Shown here: positions 13,704 through 27,600 of the stretch, in pieces | Layout of the letters: every line of letters starts with the position of its first letter | Numbering within the stretch: the first letter of the stretch is position 1 | NCBI GenBank assembly: GCA_951406725.2 | Contig: OX597817.1 | Location: forward strand, 16,492,001 to 16,556,000 | DNA from: Octopus vulgaris | Lineage: Eukaryota | Direction of reading: 5' to 3' | DNA: 64,000 bases | The notes under the pieces: model-generated | What the model was told of the DNA's origin: nothing | What the model saw: only the letters and a program-made list of their open reading frames with translations | Databases searched by the model: none | Program-made: the position numbers and the translations under genes

Positions 13704-13913
13704 AAGGCGGCGAGCTGGCAGACACGTTAGCGCGCCGGGCGAAATGCTTAGCGGTATTTCGTCTGTCGTTACGTTATGAGTTCAAATTCTGCCGAGGTCG
13801 ACTTTGCCTTTCATGGTCGATAAATTAAGTACCAGTTTCGCACTGGGGTCGATGTAATTGACTTAATCCGTTTGTCCCCTTTATGTTTAGCCCCTTGTGG
13901 GCAGTAAAGAAAT
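13704..13913 (+). mobile_element. SINE family B (Meta-SINE-like core) with TSD
   Basis: AGGCGGCGAGCTGGCAG..GAGTTCAAATTC..GTCGATAAATTAAGTACCAG..GTAAAGAAATA; TSD TATTTCTAACAAG. Confidence 0.85.
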
Positions 13914-16900
13914 ATATATTTCTAACAAGTAGGCTGACATAGGAGTCCTCTCCTTCCCATTTTCATAGGTATTTGCAGATTCCATCTTTATCAGGTTCTG
14001 ATGAAACTATCACTCATTCACTGACGAGAATAAGAAATAAAAATGTACACATATTTCTGAAATGGTCAGACATTGTGTTACATATCTAAACAAAAAAAAA
14101 GGAAAATTCAATGTAAAGTTATTTGTACTTGATCTTATGAATCCAAACTATTGTGTAATCTGTAATCTTATGACGAATGAAGTCAAAACTGGCCATGTAA
14201 GAAGTGTTATTTTTGTACAACTGTTTTATTTTTCTTGCGATATAAATCTTAAAACTTTACGAAAGATATGTATCATATACTCTTTTACTTTTTTCAGTCA
14301 TTTGACTGTGGCCATGCTGGAGCACCACCTTTAGTCAAAGAAATCAACCCCCCAGGACTTATTCTTTGCAAGCCTAGTACTTATTCTATCGGTTCTCTTT
14401 TGCCGAACTGCATCGGTTGTCAAGCGATGCTTGGGGGACAAACATATACATATATGACGGGCTTCTTCCAGTTTCCGTCTACCAAATCCACTCACAATGC
14501 TTTGGTTGGCCCGAGGCTATAGCAGAAGACACTTGCCCAAGGTGCCATGCAGTGGGACTGAACCCGGGACCATGTGGTTAGTAAGCAAGCTACCTACCAC
14601 ACAGCCACTCCTGCACCTATATGTTCATAAAAAAAAATGTACTGCTTGTGGAGTTTTTTTTTGTTTTTATAACATTCACTGACCTTACACATTGCTTTTA
14701 TATGAAGATGTTCACATATTTAAGATAGAATCATGAATAATCACATCACTGAATTATTTCCTTAGGTTTTCGAGAGGGGATGACCTCCCTTTGCGAATAT
14801 CAGAAGAGCAAAGAAAGTGTCTAAAGCCAGCTGGAGACGATGATCTCCTGGGGCTAAAAGCTTCAGTAACACCCACCCCCAGTGGCTAGCCACATTGAGA
14901 TGGCCAGTACACTTTACGTTGAATTATTTCCATCTTAAGTAAATTTCTAGTGGTCTCTTGAGACTGGGACATGTAAGTTCAATGGTAAAAATGAAACCAA
15001 CAGTAAGAGGGAATGTACAAATATAACTTGGTTATAGTAAATGACCGAAACAAACAAGTAGATACTTTAAAGTAAATTATTATTATTATTATAGAAAAGT
15101 TGGACATAAGAAGCATCAAATGTGTGCAAGAGACGACTGCGATTGGTATGGCCATGTGTTACATATGGATGAGGACAAGTTTGTACCACATCCTAACTGG
15201 AAGGAACCTATGAAAGAGGTAGATCCAGGAAGACATGGGATGAGGTGGTGAAGCATGACCTTCGAACGCTGGGCCTCACAGAAGCAATGACAGGAGAACA
15301 AGACCTTTGGAGATATACTGTGATTGAGAAGACCCGGCAACTGAAGTGAGATCGCTGCCATGGCTGATGCCAGTGTTGCATGTCCAGCCCATTTAAGTGT
15401 ACCCTTGACGCATCGGACGATGAAATGCTTGAGAAGACCTGTTAAGTAAAACCAAAATCATAGTTGTGGCCAGTGCCCCCTGACTGGCTCCCGTCCCAGT
15501 GGTACATAAAATGCATCATCTGAACATGGTCGATGCCAGGTCCGCTGACTGGCTCCTGTGCTGGTGGCATGTAAAAAGCACCATCCGAAAGTGACTCATG
15601 CCAGTACCCCCTAATTGGCTCCCATGCTGGTTGCACGTAAAAGCACTATCCAAATGTGATCGATGCCAGGCCCACCTTATTGGTTCCTGTGCCGGTGGCA
15701 TGTAAAAAGCACCCACTACAATCTTGGAGTGGTTGGCATTAGGAAGGGCATCCAGCTGTAGAAACATTGCCAGATCAGATTGGAGCCTGGTGCAACTGCT
15801 GGCTCTCCAGACCTCAGTCAAACCATCTAACCCAGGCTAGCATGGAAAATGGACTTTAAACGATGATGCTGATTACTGCTTTCATTTCTCAACAAATGTT
15901 TAGCTAAGGTTGCATTATTGGGAAAAAAAAAACAAACAAAAAAATTATTAAAAATAAGTGATTACCACATGGTTCCGGGTTCAGTCTCACTGCGTGGCAC
16001 CTTGGGCAAGTGTCTTCTACTATAGCCTCAGGCCGACCAAAGCCTTGTGAGTGGATTTGGTAGACGGAAACTGAAAGAAGTCCGTCGTATATATGTGTGT
16101 CTGTGATTGACCCCCCAATGCTGGTGTGTTTATGTCCCCATAAATTAGTTCAACAAAAGAGACCAATAGAAGAAGTACTAGGTTTACAAAGAATAAGTCC
16201 TGGGGTTGATTTGCTCGACTAAAGGCAGTGCTCCAGTCAAATGACTGAAACAAGTAATAGACAGTAAAAGAGAAAGAGAGTATTATCATCATAGTTTTAA
16301 TTTTCCATGTTTGAAATGTAATTCCTCGAGGTAGATTTCATAGCTGGATGTCCTTCCCATCACAAACTATCTCTAAGCAAATGTCTTCACAAAAGAAATG
16401 TATGAGAACATTTGTGTGACATGAAATTCATTTACAAACGTTGCATGATTTCAAAGCAAGGGAACACAAAATCGCACACAACATAAACGCAGAACATTAC
16501 TGAGTGGTAAGTTTGCTTCCAAACCAGAGTTTTGGGTTTTTACTCTTACAGTATAGCACTTTCTATTATAGCTCTGGGCCAACCAAAGCTTTGTGAGTGG
16601 ATTTGGTAGAAACTGAAACTAATCATGTATGCATGTTACTGTCTCCTTACACTATTACATGACAGTTGTAAACAAATATCACCGTAAAGCAAGCATTTTC
16701 CAATATATTGTGAAAACATGCCTGGTCACGAGGTAATATTTATTTGGAAGCCAGTCACGCATTGGCTATTAGTAAATGTGGTGGAGGCGCAATGGCCCAG
16801 TGGTTAGGGCAGTGGACTCGCGGTTTCGATTCCCAGACCGGGCATTGTGAGTGTTTATTGAGCGAAAAACACCTAAAGCTTCACGAGGCTCCTGCAGGGA

Positions 16901-19776
16901 GTGGTGGTGAACCCTGCTGTACTCTTTCACCACAACTTTCTTCCTGTTTCTGTTGTACCTGTATCTCAAAGGGCCAGCCTTGACACACTGAATCTCCTCG
17001 AGAACTACGTTAAGGGTACACGTGTCTGTGGAGTGCTTAGCCACTTGCACGTTAATTCCACGAGCAAGCTGTTCCGTTGATCGTATCAGCTGGGACCCTC
17101 ATCGTCGTAACCAATGGAGTGCTCCTATCTACTAGTAAATGTGTAACTTTCATCATCATTTTAATGTCAACTTTCCATACTTGCATGTGTCAGATGACAT
17201 TTAATCCTCTTGATACTAACCTACCTGAAACCATCTCTAGTTCTAAGATACAAATTTCATGTGTAACCCTTTTAGCATTTAAACTGACCACATCCGGGCC
17301 AAAATCTTTACCTGTTTTATGTTCAAACTAACCTCTCACACCTACCTAACAATGTTATTGTAAAAATAAGCATTCACACCATTGCAATCTCAAAGCTGTT
17401 TTTACTTGCATGAGTGGCTGTGTCATAAGTAGCTTGCTTCCCAACCACGATTCCGGGTTCAGTCCCACTGCATGGCACCTTGGTCAAGTGTCTTCTACTA
17501 TAGCCTCAGGCTGACCAAAGCCTTGTGAGATTTGGGAGACGGAAACTGAAGGAAGCCCATCGTATACACGTATATATATATATATATGTGTGTGTTTGTC
17601 CCCCCACCCAACATTGTTTAACAACCGATGCTGGTGTGTTTATGTCCCTGTAACTTAGCGGTTTGGCAAAAGAGAACGATAGAATAATACTCTTACAAAG
17701 AATAAGTCCTGGGGTCAATTTGCTCGACTAAAGGCAGTGCTCCAGCATGACTGAAACAAGTAAAAGAGTACCGTATTTTTGAATTGGCATAACTACAGAT
17801 TTCTGGGGTATTTCACAGAAGTTCACTTCAATTTGTCTTAACTTACAAGAAAGTGGATATTTTTTAATGAAATTCTCCAAACATACCTCAGACTATGTAG
17901 ATTCCAAGGATATAGGAATTTTGGGGGGAAAACAACTGGAGGCTATTTTTGAGAATCATTCCCCACTCACAGGTGTTTCTGAAGTCATCCATAGGCTTCA
18001 TTTTGTTTTGTGCATCTGCAGATTTCTACCACACACATACATATGTAATTAAAAAAGTTCAAACAGGGAATTATTCCATTCACTATAATGTTTACTATAG
18101 AGATTATGTAACAAATTATGCTTTACACTTCTATATTTAACTGTGCGTGTATACTCCTTACTTTTGTTTCCGGTGTCTTCTGCTCTTCTATTAGAAAGGT
18201 TTACCTGGGAATTTACCATGCACAAAAAGTACAAGTAAAATATAACCCTATGCATGCCTCACCAAAATATCACCATGCCCCACGTTGGGTATCACAGACC
18301 TACACTGAGAGGATCTCTTCTGTTTGGCTGCAGCTGTGGATATTTCAAAGTCTATTGAAAATTTTAAAATCCAGTCAGCCAAGCTGAATCTCAGAAGACA
18401 TTTTACTTTTACCAGAAAAATTTAATAAAACTTATAGAGGTTTGAAGTTTGATAATTGCCACCCAGCCAGAAAACAATATCAGGGACTTGTCATTTTGTG
18501 TGTTATAATATGAAACCAAATAAATCAACTATTCCACATTCAGAAATTCATGACTAAGCAAAACAAAAAAATCTATTTGGTTAATAATTTTACCACATCT
18601 CAACCCGGGATACAAGCAACAGAACATGGTTTCACACAGAATATATTTGCCAACATGTGCTATTTCACAGACAAGAGCTCTCATGCTTGGTCTGTTACTA
18701 TGAAAACAGGTACAAATATGTCTGTGACTCACAACTGGCTGAAACAAACCAATTTGCAAACTTTTTAAGCTATTCTTTGATATATGGTAAAAATTAATTA
18801 GCCAATAAAAACATTACACTGGTTACAAAATCAATTCTAACGAATTGAAAATTGGCAACCAAACAGAAAAAAAATAAATCTAACACAATGATACTCTTCC
18901 AAAGTTTTCCTCATAAGACTGCTAGATATAGCTTACCCTTAACTAAGAATTTCTCCTGCAGTCGTTCCACTAAGATGAAAGCATTAGTGGTATCCAATAC
19001 CAACTCTTCCCAAAGTTGTGCCATAACATCGGTCATATGAGTTAATAAGAAACCTTTACCAGAGAGTCTTCTTTGTTGTAGCCACTGGTTAAACATGCAA
19101 GTGACAAGCAAACATCATAGCATCTGATAGTCCAGCTGCCTTTCCTGTATTTATAACCTTAAACCAAGATCTAGATTCAATAGTTGCTACCTTGCTGGGT
19201 CTACCCGGAGTAGACCTTTCTTTAAAATGCATAATAATCTACATGAAACTGCAGCTTTTGCCACCACAATATCACTGTTGAAAATTTTTAACTTAAGAGG
19301 CAGGCAACCGTAGAAATGATAATTCAGAATGAGATATCAATCTTCACGCAACATATTAGGTGACTATATCATCATCATCGTTTAACGTCCGTTCTCCATG
19401 CTAGCACGGGTTGGACGGTTCGACCGGGGATCTGGGAAGCCAGAAGGCTGCACCAGGCCCAGTCTGAACTGGCAGTGTTTCTACAGCTGGATGCCCTTCC
19501 CAACACCAACCACTCCATGAGTGTAGTGGGTGCTTTTTATGTGCCAGGCGAGGCTGGCAACGGCCACGATTCGGATGGTGCTCTTTACGTGCCACCAGCA
19601 CGGAAGCCAGTCGAGGCGGCGCTGGCAACAGCCACGATTCGGATGGTGCTTTTTACGTACCACCAGACTAGTACAATAGTATAATACAGTATATAATATA
19701 TACATATAGTATAACATAGTAGAATACAAATATGAAGGAAAAACAAAAAGCACAAGACAACCTTAAAAGAGTAGAA

Positions 19777-19782
19777 TTTATT
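19777..19782 (-). terminator. RPS6 polyadenylation signal AATAAA
   Basis: tttatt on plus strand, 27 nt past the stop, followed on the minus strand by a U/GU-rich tract. Confidence 0.75.
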
Positions 19783-19808
19783 TTGACATATAACACCACA
19801 GTAGTAAA

Positions 19809-21661
19809 TTACTTCTGTTTCTTAGCAGCAGGTTTCTGAGTGCCAGATGCAGATTTAGGTGTAGACTGAGCAGGTTTAGGGGATTGAGCCTGCTTTGCAG
19901 CCGGTTTGGGTGACTTTGCAGCTGGCTGGGCCTGTTTAGCAGGTTGTGCCTGTTTTGTAGCCTGCGCTGGTTTGGGCGACTTTGCAGCTGGCTGAGGTTG
20001 CGTCTGCTTTGCAGCTTGTGCTGGTTTCGGTGTCTTGGCAGCTGGCTGGGCTTGTTTCTGGGGTTGAGTTTGTTTTTGAGCTTGACCCTGCTTTGGAGTT
20101 TGAGCCTGTTTAGGTGCCTTATCCGACTTTGGAGTCTGAGCTTGTTTTTGAGGCTTATCTGACTTAGGTGCCTGAGCCTGTTTTGGAGCTTTATCTGATT
20201 TTGGAGTCTGGGCTTGTTTGGGTGCCTTATCAGTTTTCGGAGTCTGGGCCTGTTTTTGTGCTTTATCTGATTTAGGAGCCTGAGCCTGTTTTGGTGCTTT
20301 GTCTGACTTAGGAGTTTGAGCCTTTGTAGTTTGACCCTGTTTAGCAGGCTGACCCTTTGGTGCTTGACCCTGCTTTGGTGTTTGACCTTGCTTAGGCTGG
20401 GATTGTTTTGCTGCTGGTTTAGCAGTTTGCTGTGGCTGTTTAGTAGCTTTAACAGGCTGTGCTTGTGCTGTCCCTTTGGCAGATTTAGACTGCGCCGGAG
20501 CAGCACCTTTGCCTGATTGTGCCTGTTTAGCTGGTTTAGCTTGCTGCTGTTTGGCAGGTTGAGCCTGTTTAGCTGGCTGTGCACCGGAACCCTTTGCTGG
20601 TTTACCAGGCTGAGATACTTTTGCAGCTTTACCAGGCTGGGAAACCTTTGCAGCTTTTCCCGGTTGGGTCACTTTTGCACCCTTACCCGGCTGCGCTTTA
20701 GTAGGCTGAGATGGCTTTGCAGCCTTAGCCGGTTGAGCCCCCTTTGCAGGCTGTGCTCCTTTTGCAGCCTTAGCCGGTGCACCCTTTGCTACCTTAGCTT
20801 GCTGACCTTTTGCAGGTTGAGCACCCTTTGGTGCTTTGGCAGCCTGAGTTGGCTTAGCAGATTTTGCCTTAATAACCTTTTCAGCTTTAACAGGCTGTGC
20901 CTGCTTTGCACCCTTTCCAGCTGCCTTACCTGGCTGAACTCCTTTGCCAACAACCTTTGGTGGTTTGGTTGCTTTAGCTGGCTGACCCTTAGAGGGTTTG
21001 GCTGCTCCCTTGGCAGAAACCTTTGGAGCTTCTTTACCAGACTTAGCTTTTTTGGCTGCTACTGCTGCAACTTCCTGTGTAGGTTTAGGTCTCTTAGTTG
21101 GCTGAGCTGGTTTTGTCATACCTTTAGCAGCTTTAGTAAGCTTAGCTGCTGCTTTGACAGCGGGTTTAACAGGCTTAGCTGCACCCTTGGCCGCTCCCTT
21201 AGCACCTTTAGCTGCCTTTCCTGCTCCTGCAGCTGGTTTGCCTTGTTTTGCAACCTTGGCACCCTTTGCTGCTTGAGCTGGCTTGGCAACCTTGGCCATC
21301 TTAGCAGGAGTATGAAGGACTGATTTCTGACCACCACTTTTACTGGCATCTCCTGGGCTCGGCCTTTTCTTAGACTGTGGCTGTTGCTTTTTCTGAATAC
21401 TAGCAACAGTAGCAGCCACTTTAGCAGCATCCTTAGCAAGTGATTCACTCCTACTCTTAGAAATTGATGATTGTTTACGTTCACGGCGCCTCTCTTTATG
21501 TTCTTTCATTCTCAAAGCCAGAAGCTTAGCATAATCTGCAGCTTCTTCACGCTTTCTTGCAAATCTCAATGCCTTCATACTACGAAGATGTCTCCTTCTT
21601 TGTAACACCAATGGTGTCACCAATCGTTGAATCTTCGGAGCTTTAGAGAGTGCACTCTTAC
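19809..21661 (-). CDS. RPS6: RPS6 exon 5: eS6 C-terminal helix, phospho-Ser cluster and ~540-aa K/A/P/Q-rich extension
   Basis: ttttcag|GTAAGAGT...; open frame of 1853 nt to TAA (ORF 19809..21623); AATAAA 27 nt after the stop. Confidence 0.92.
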
Positions 21662-24600
21662 CTGAAAATAGAAGAGGGGAAAGAGAGGCAAAAATTTAGA
21701 ATTATTAGCTTAAACCAAGCATCAATTCATTTAAAAAGGCAATTAATGTGTAGCGTATATAAAATTTTCTTACACTATCTGTCAATCATGAACTAGTAAA
21801 TAGCTCGACATATCAAGAGCCAACCAGCAATAATTTTGAAGCCAAGATAAAACTAGTAATAATGATTTAACAGTAATATGAGGAATAAGTCTAGTATAAT
21901 TCACTCAGTGTAAGAAAATTTTGACAGACAGTAATTGCCACACGCTGATTACATAAACACAAGCAGAATACTTACGTTTGCTGCCTTCCTTGAGAGGGAT
22001 TGGTCTACGTACAACATATCTTCGTACATCATCTTCTTTAGAAAGATTGAACAATTTCCTAATTTTACCAGCTCTCTTGGGACCAAGACGACGTGGGATG
22101 GTAATATCAGTAAGACCAGGAATTTCCTGCTCACCTGAAAAAGAAATAAGTCGAATGACCCATCAACAAACACTTGAAAAATGTAAAAGTGAGAAGGAAA
22201 AAAAAAAAGAAAGAAAACCTGGAATACATACCTTTCTTGATAATAATTAAGCTCAAAACACTCAAATTGGCATCAACAATACAGCCACGCACAGACTTCC
22301 TTCGCCTCTCACCTTCTCGTCGGGGACGGTAACAAGAATGTCCCTTAGAGAGTAAAAGGCGGACACGTCCAGCTGTCAGGATACCTTGCTTCATGGGAAA
22401 GCCTTGTTTGTCATTTCCACCCGTAATTCGGAAAACATAGCCCTGTATGCAAATAAATATCAGAAATAAATTTCAGTGGCAACCCAAAATTCAAAATTAA
22501 GCAGCATGTTCACAAAATAGACAATATCTCAAGAAAAATGTAATCAAAGTTAGTTTAGCACCAAATGCAAATTATTTGCCAGTGAAGATGTGCAGTTAAT
22601 TTTATCACAATAACCACACAAAATCATGAACTAGTAAATAGCTTGACATACCAAGCACATAAAAAACCCCATCCGAGCGTGGCTGTTTGCCAGCCTCGTC
22701 TGGCACATAAAAAGCACCCAATACACTCACGGAGTTGGCGTTAGGAAGGGCATCAAGCTGTAGAACCACTGCCAGATCCGACTGGCCTGGTGCAGCCTTC
22801 GGGCTTCCCAGACCCCAGTTGAACCGTCCAACCCATGCTAGCATGGAAAGCGGACGTTAAACGATGATGATGATGATACCAAGAGCCAACCAGCAATAAT
22901 TTTGAAGCAGAGATAAAACTAGTAATAATGATTTAACAGTAACATGAGAAATAAGTTTAGCATAATCCACTCAGTCTAAGACAATTTTGACAGCTAAATT
23001 GAGACAGACAATTCAACTAGAAGACACAAAAAGATATGCTATTGTAGATCTACTTTATTGATAAGAATGTAATGGATAGTCTATTCATTACAAAAATCTT
23101 TGTACTAACACAAGGATCATGTCCAAAACTGCATGTAGCAAACCTATTTAAACAAGAAGAACACACATTCTTTGCTTTCATAGAAATGCATAATTAATTT
23201 ACCCCATCTTTAATTACAACAGTAACTAAGTTTACTGCAGTGGTAAGCATCCAGGGGTTACCTAAAACTCATCTACCAACCACGAAGTAAAACTGTCATC
23301 TTAATATAAAATCTACATAAGAGCTGAAGAGAGAGAGAAAGAAATGATCATGAAAAGTAATGAAACAGCTGTAGCCTGGCTAATACCCAAAATGAGTAAC
23401 TTAACCTTGGCATGATGACACTGCTTAGCATTTCAACCTTCATAAAAGAAATTTCTAATGTAGAGAAAAGCAAAAAAAATTTCCACAACGAAGTATACTC
23501 AATGTTTCACTCCTTTTTCAATATTTCGAAGCATCTTAAAAACAATAAAACAGTATGTGACACACACACAACACTCTACTAAGTAATGCAAACAACTGCC
23601 ACCTCACCTTAAAAAAAGGATGGCATAGATTGAACCCTCTAGTGTTCAGATTAATCTGCCAAATGCAGTGCTTATACATTCATGTTGCTTTGAGTTAATC
23701 ATGCATTATTTCATAGCCTTAAGATTTTGATTGTGTGATTGTTTATTTTTAGAATCACATTGCAGGTAGGGGTGAGAGGCCAAATCTGGCTACATAATAC
23801 TTTGGCTGGATATGGCCAGTTTAAATGCTAAAGAGGTGAGACAAGCCCACAGAAACTTAATATACAAGTGTGGTGAACATTCAAGGGTGTTAGGAGCAAA
23901 TCCTGTCAAGTTGCTCCCCATGAAATGCTTTAATTGATCAAGCTCATGTCAGCAAGACAATTCATGCAAAAGTTGTTCTTTGCAAAATGCTCTGCCTCCT
24001 TATCAAGTCTACACTTTACAACTGCTGCAAATAATTTCTTCTACCCTGTCCAACTCCCCCACCATCACTCCTATTCTCTAATGACAGACCAATTCAAGTA
24101 CCTTGGCTACACAGGTTGCAAAGTGGCATAAAAAAAAACCCTTCAATCCATGCGAATGCGGAAGATATTGATCAATAAAGTTTAGCAGATTTTAAATTCA
24201 TGCGCTCTTTTTAGCCAAAATATCAGTAAGTGTTACCCGGGACAGGATTCACAAGATCCAAACCCTTGTGAGTTTATAACCGGATGGTTACTTTCCCCTC
24301 AATTATACTCGACTACAATAAAACTATTATTGTAGTAACAAGATATTAGGGTTAAATCTAAAAGAAAACAAAGGGAAAAAAAATTCTCTCTTCGAATGTC
24401 AACTAGTGAATTTGTTCAACATGTAATCCCCATCCACACAGAATAAAGCGCTTACCAATTTCCCCTCAATACCTATTTCTTTACTACCCACAAGGGGCTA
24501 AACACAGAAAGGACAAACAGATTAAGTCGATTATATCGACCCCAGTGCATAACTGGTACTTAATTTATCGACCCCGAAGGAATTTGAACTCAGAATGCAA

Positions 24601-27600
24601 CGGCAGATGAAATACCGCTAGACATTTCGCCCGGCATGCTAACGTTTCTGCCAGCTCACCCTCAAGATATACCATGATGTGCTAGTTTAATTATGGAAGA
24701 TGAATATCACATGTGACCCGAGGTCACAACTGAGCCCTTCATAAAGCAGTTCCTATTTCTTGGGAATTTCAGAAGATTCTTAGGAAGGGAGGAGAGGAGT
24801 TTTATCTGGTTACCTTTTAGTTAGTTAGTTAGTTAATTTGGCTCAAAAGCAAATAGCAAGGCCATGGAGTTAAGTACAGGGTGGTGTTCATGTAAAGAGT
24901 TCAGGCCACTTGAGGTCAAGCGAGGCTTTGAACAAAGCGGTCGTCGGCATCTTCACCATCTCGTCTGGGAGCTTGTTCCACGGATCCGCAATCCGGACGG
25001 AGAAAGCTCCTCTCCTTCGATTGAGATGAAATCGTTGCAGGTAGAGCTTTTCGGAATGACCCCGCAGCCGACGCTCTGGAGCAGGAGTGAAGAACAGCTC
25101 TTTCGAGAGGTTACACTTTCCACTTATTATGATGTGGGCGAGATGAGATCATCACAGCGGCGGCGTTTTTCTAGAGAATAAAGGTCGAGCGTCCTCAGCC
25201 TTTCTTCATAGGAAAAATTTTTGAGACCATGAACCATGCGGGTAGCCAGCTTCTGGACTCTTTCGAGATGCTGTATGTCTTTGAGGAGATAAGGAGAAGA
25301 GGCTTGAATCCCGTACTCCAATATGGGTCTCACCAGCGTGACAGAGTGGTAGGAATATGGCTGCTGTGAGCATTCCGAATGACCGTCGAATCAAGAACAG
25401 AATTCCGCGTGCTTTGTTGGCAGCATGGACGCACTGGGCCGAAGGCGAAAAGGAGGAATCCACCAAGATACCCAGGTCCTTTACCTGATCGGTCCTCTCC
25501 AGCAGCAGACGACCCGGCTCGAAATGAAGTTGAGTTGCAGGAGGAGAGACAACAGGCAGATGACAGCACTTTGACACGTTCAGACACAGGTCCCATTTGT
25601 TAGACCACCTCCAAATTTGGTGGAGGCATCGACGAAGATCCTCTATATCACCGCGTGGAGCGACCAGTTTGACATCGTCGGCAAATAGAAGGGTGTGTTG
25701 CATGAGGTCGTCGGGCAAGTCATTTATGAAGACTAAGAACAATAAGGGTCCAAGCACTGAACCTTGAGACACGCCACTGCTCGCACTGGAGACGTCGGAC
25801 TGCGAACCATTAACTTGGACGGAGCGATCTGAGAGGAAGGCACCAACCCATCGTACAATATCCGGATGGAAACTATATGCTTGAAGCTTGACAAGTAATA
25901 GGCGGTGGTTTACCGAGTCAAAAGCTTTGGCAAAGTCCAATAAAACGATGTCAACAGCATCACTATCATCGAGGATGCGCGTCACCAATTCTTCCATTAC
26001 CAGTAAGTTGGTCAAGCATGATCTCTTCGGCACGAAGCCGTGTTGGGAATCAGAGACAGAGGCTGTGTTTTGGAGGTGGAGCATCATACTTTTTTAAAGG
26101 ATGGTTTCGAACATCTTGCTGATTATTGATGTAAGGGAAACCGGTCGGTAGTTAAGCGGGTCTTTGCGACTCCCTTTCTTGAAAATTGGGCAGATTATCG
26201 CTGTTCTCCAGTCCGCAGGTATAACACCCGTCGCCAATGACATATTGAATAGACATGTTAAGGGCTCGCAGATGACCAGAGCCAACGCTTTGATAACCCG
26301 TGGGTGTATGCCGTCAGGGCCGTGACCCTTGTCGACATCGAGGCCTTGAATAACAACTAGTTCAAATGATGTATTTCTTTGAATATCAACTGATGACAGG
26401 TACATGCACAATAGTAATGTCCAATTGTCAAGTCACCAAACTCTTGAATATACATAAGCCCCACTTTCTGCTAACAATGGGGATACTTGTAACCACATAT
26501 TACATTTCAACAGGTTCAAGCTTGTATTCACAGAAATAATAGGATGTCATGGTTCATCATATAAGAATGGCATATTTGGTAGGCATTCACCGACCCCCAT
26601 CCCATTCTACTCTCAAGATATTTTACAACATGCATGGATTCAATAGTAAGCTCTCCTCCAGTTTATAGAGACTTGAGCACTTGTGAATATCAAAACCAAA
26701 CTGAGGTGATACACACACACATTTGCAGCAATTACTGTGGCTAAAGATTCATAATGTAGTATAAGCTGGTCATTTTTTAAAAAATGGTAGGAAACTTTAA
26801 AACCAAACAATTAATGCCAGTCTATGCTATTAGTCATGTAGTTGGCCTAAGAAATGGTTTTCTTGCCACGAAGATTTTTAAAAAAAACTTATTTTTTAGG
26901 TGATACCTCTTTTATTTTGATAAATTACCATCTCAAAATAGAATATTGTATTTATAGCATTGGTGAAATTAATAAATAAAAGACAAAAAATTTGCCTTGA
27001 GTACGAGATAGCGAGCAGAGTCTTATTCAAAATTATGGCATTGTTAAGAGAAATAAGCCATAGGGTGACATGTAAATTGAAGGTAACAAAACCGAAGGTA
27101 CTGCCCATTTCACATATTCTATGAAACCTGATGTAAAATGTGTCACAACTTCAAGCCAGAAAATCCTCAAAACCAACAGGTATATAATTTGGATTGGAGA
27201 GAATAGAACAGAGCAATGGAAACACTAATGCATAAAAAAAAAAAAACACCTTTGTTAAATTACCACCATAATTATTAATCTGGAACTTTTAAAGCATTTT
27301 TGGCACAAAGCTACATAATATTTGTAAATTTAATCTTTAAAAATCTGTTCAAAATAAACATGCTAGACCAACACTTTACATTTCCTAAATTACACAATGA
27401 GATTTGGGTCAAGATTTCAGTTGAAATACAAACACAGAGGAGTTGATATTGAAGGATTAAGTTCACAGCAATAAAAATGAAAATTATTAAAAGGGTACAC
27501 TATAAGCTCACATCATTGTAACATTACCTGTTATAAATCACCAGTCACCAGTACAAGCATGCAAGGACTTTTACTTGTATGGAATGAGCCACACTCATGA

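Noticed and set aside
16782-16850. tRNA genes (also at ~58720-58787, ~60557-60625 and family A/B heads)
   Set aside because: tRNA-like heads of SINEs followed by SINE body; no clean cloverleaf or terminator.
19778-21484. Overlapping ORFs 19778..20584 (-), 20517..21323 (+), 21116..21484 (-)
   Set aside because: Shadow frames of the low-complexity K/A/P/Q codons in the RPS6 extension.
19809-21623. Stand-alone histone H1 or protamine-like gene
   Set aside because: No H1 globular domain; the ORF starts with eS6 residues and is spliced in frame to RPS6 exon 4.
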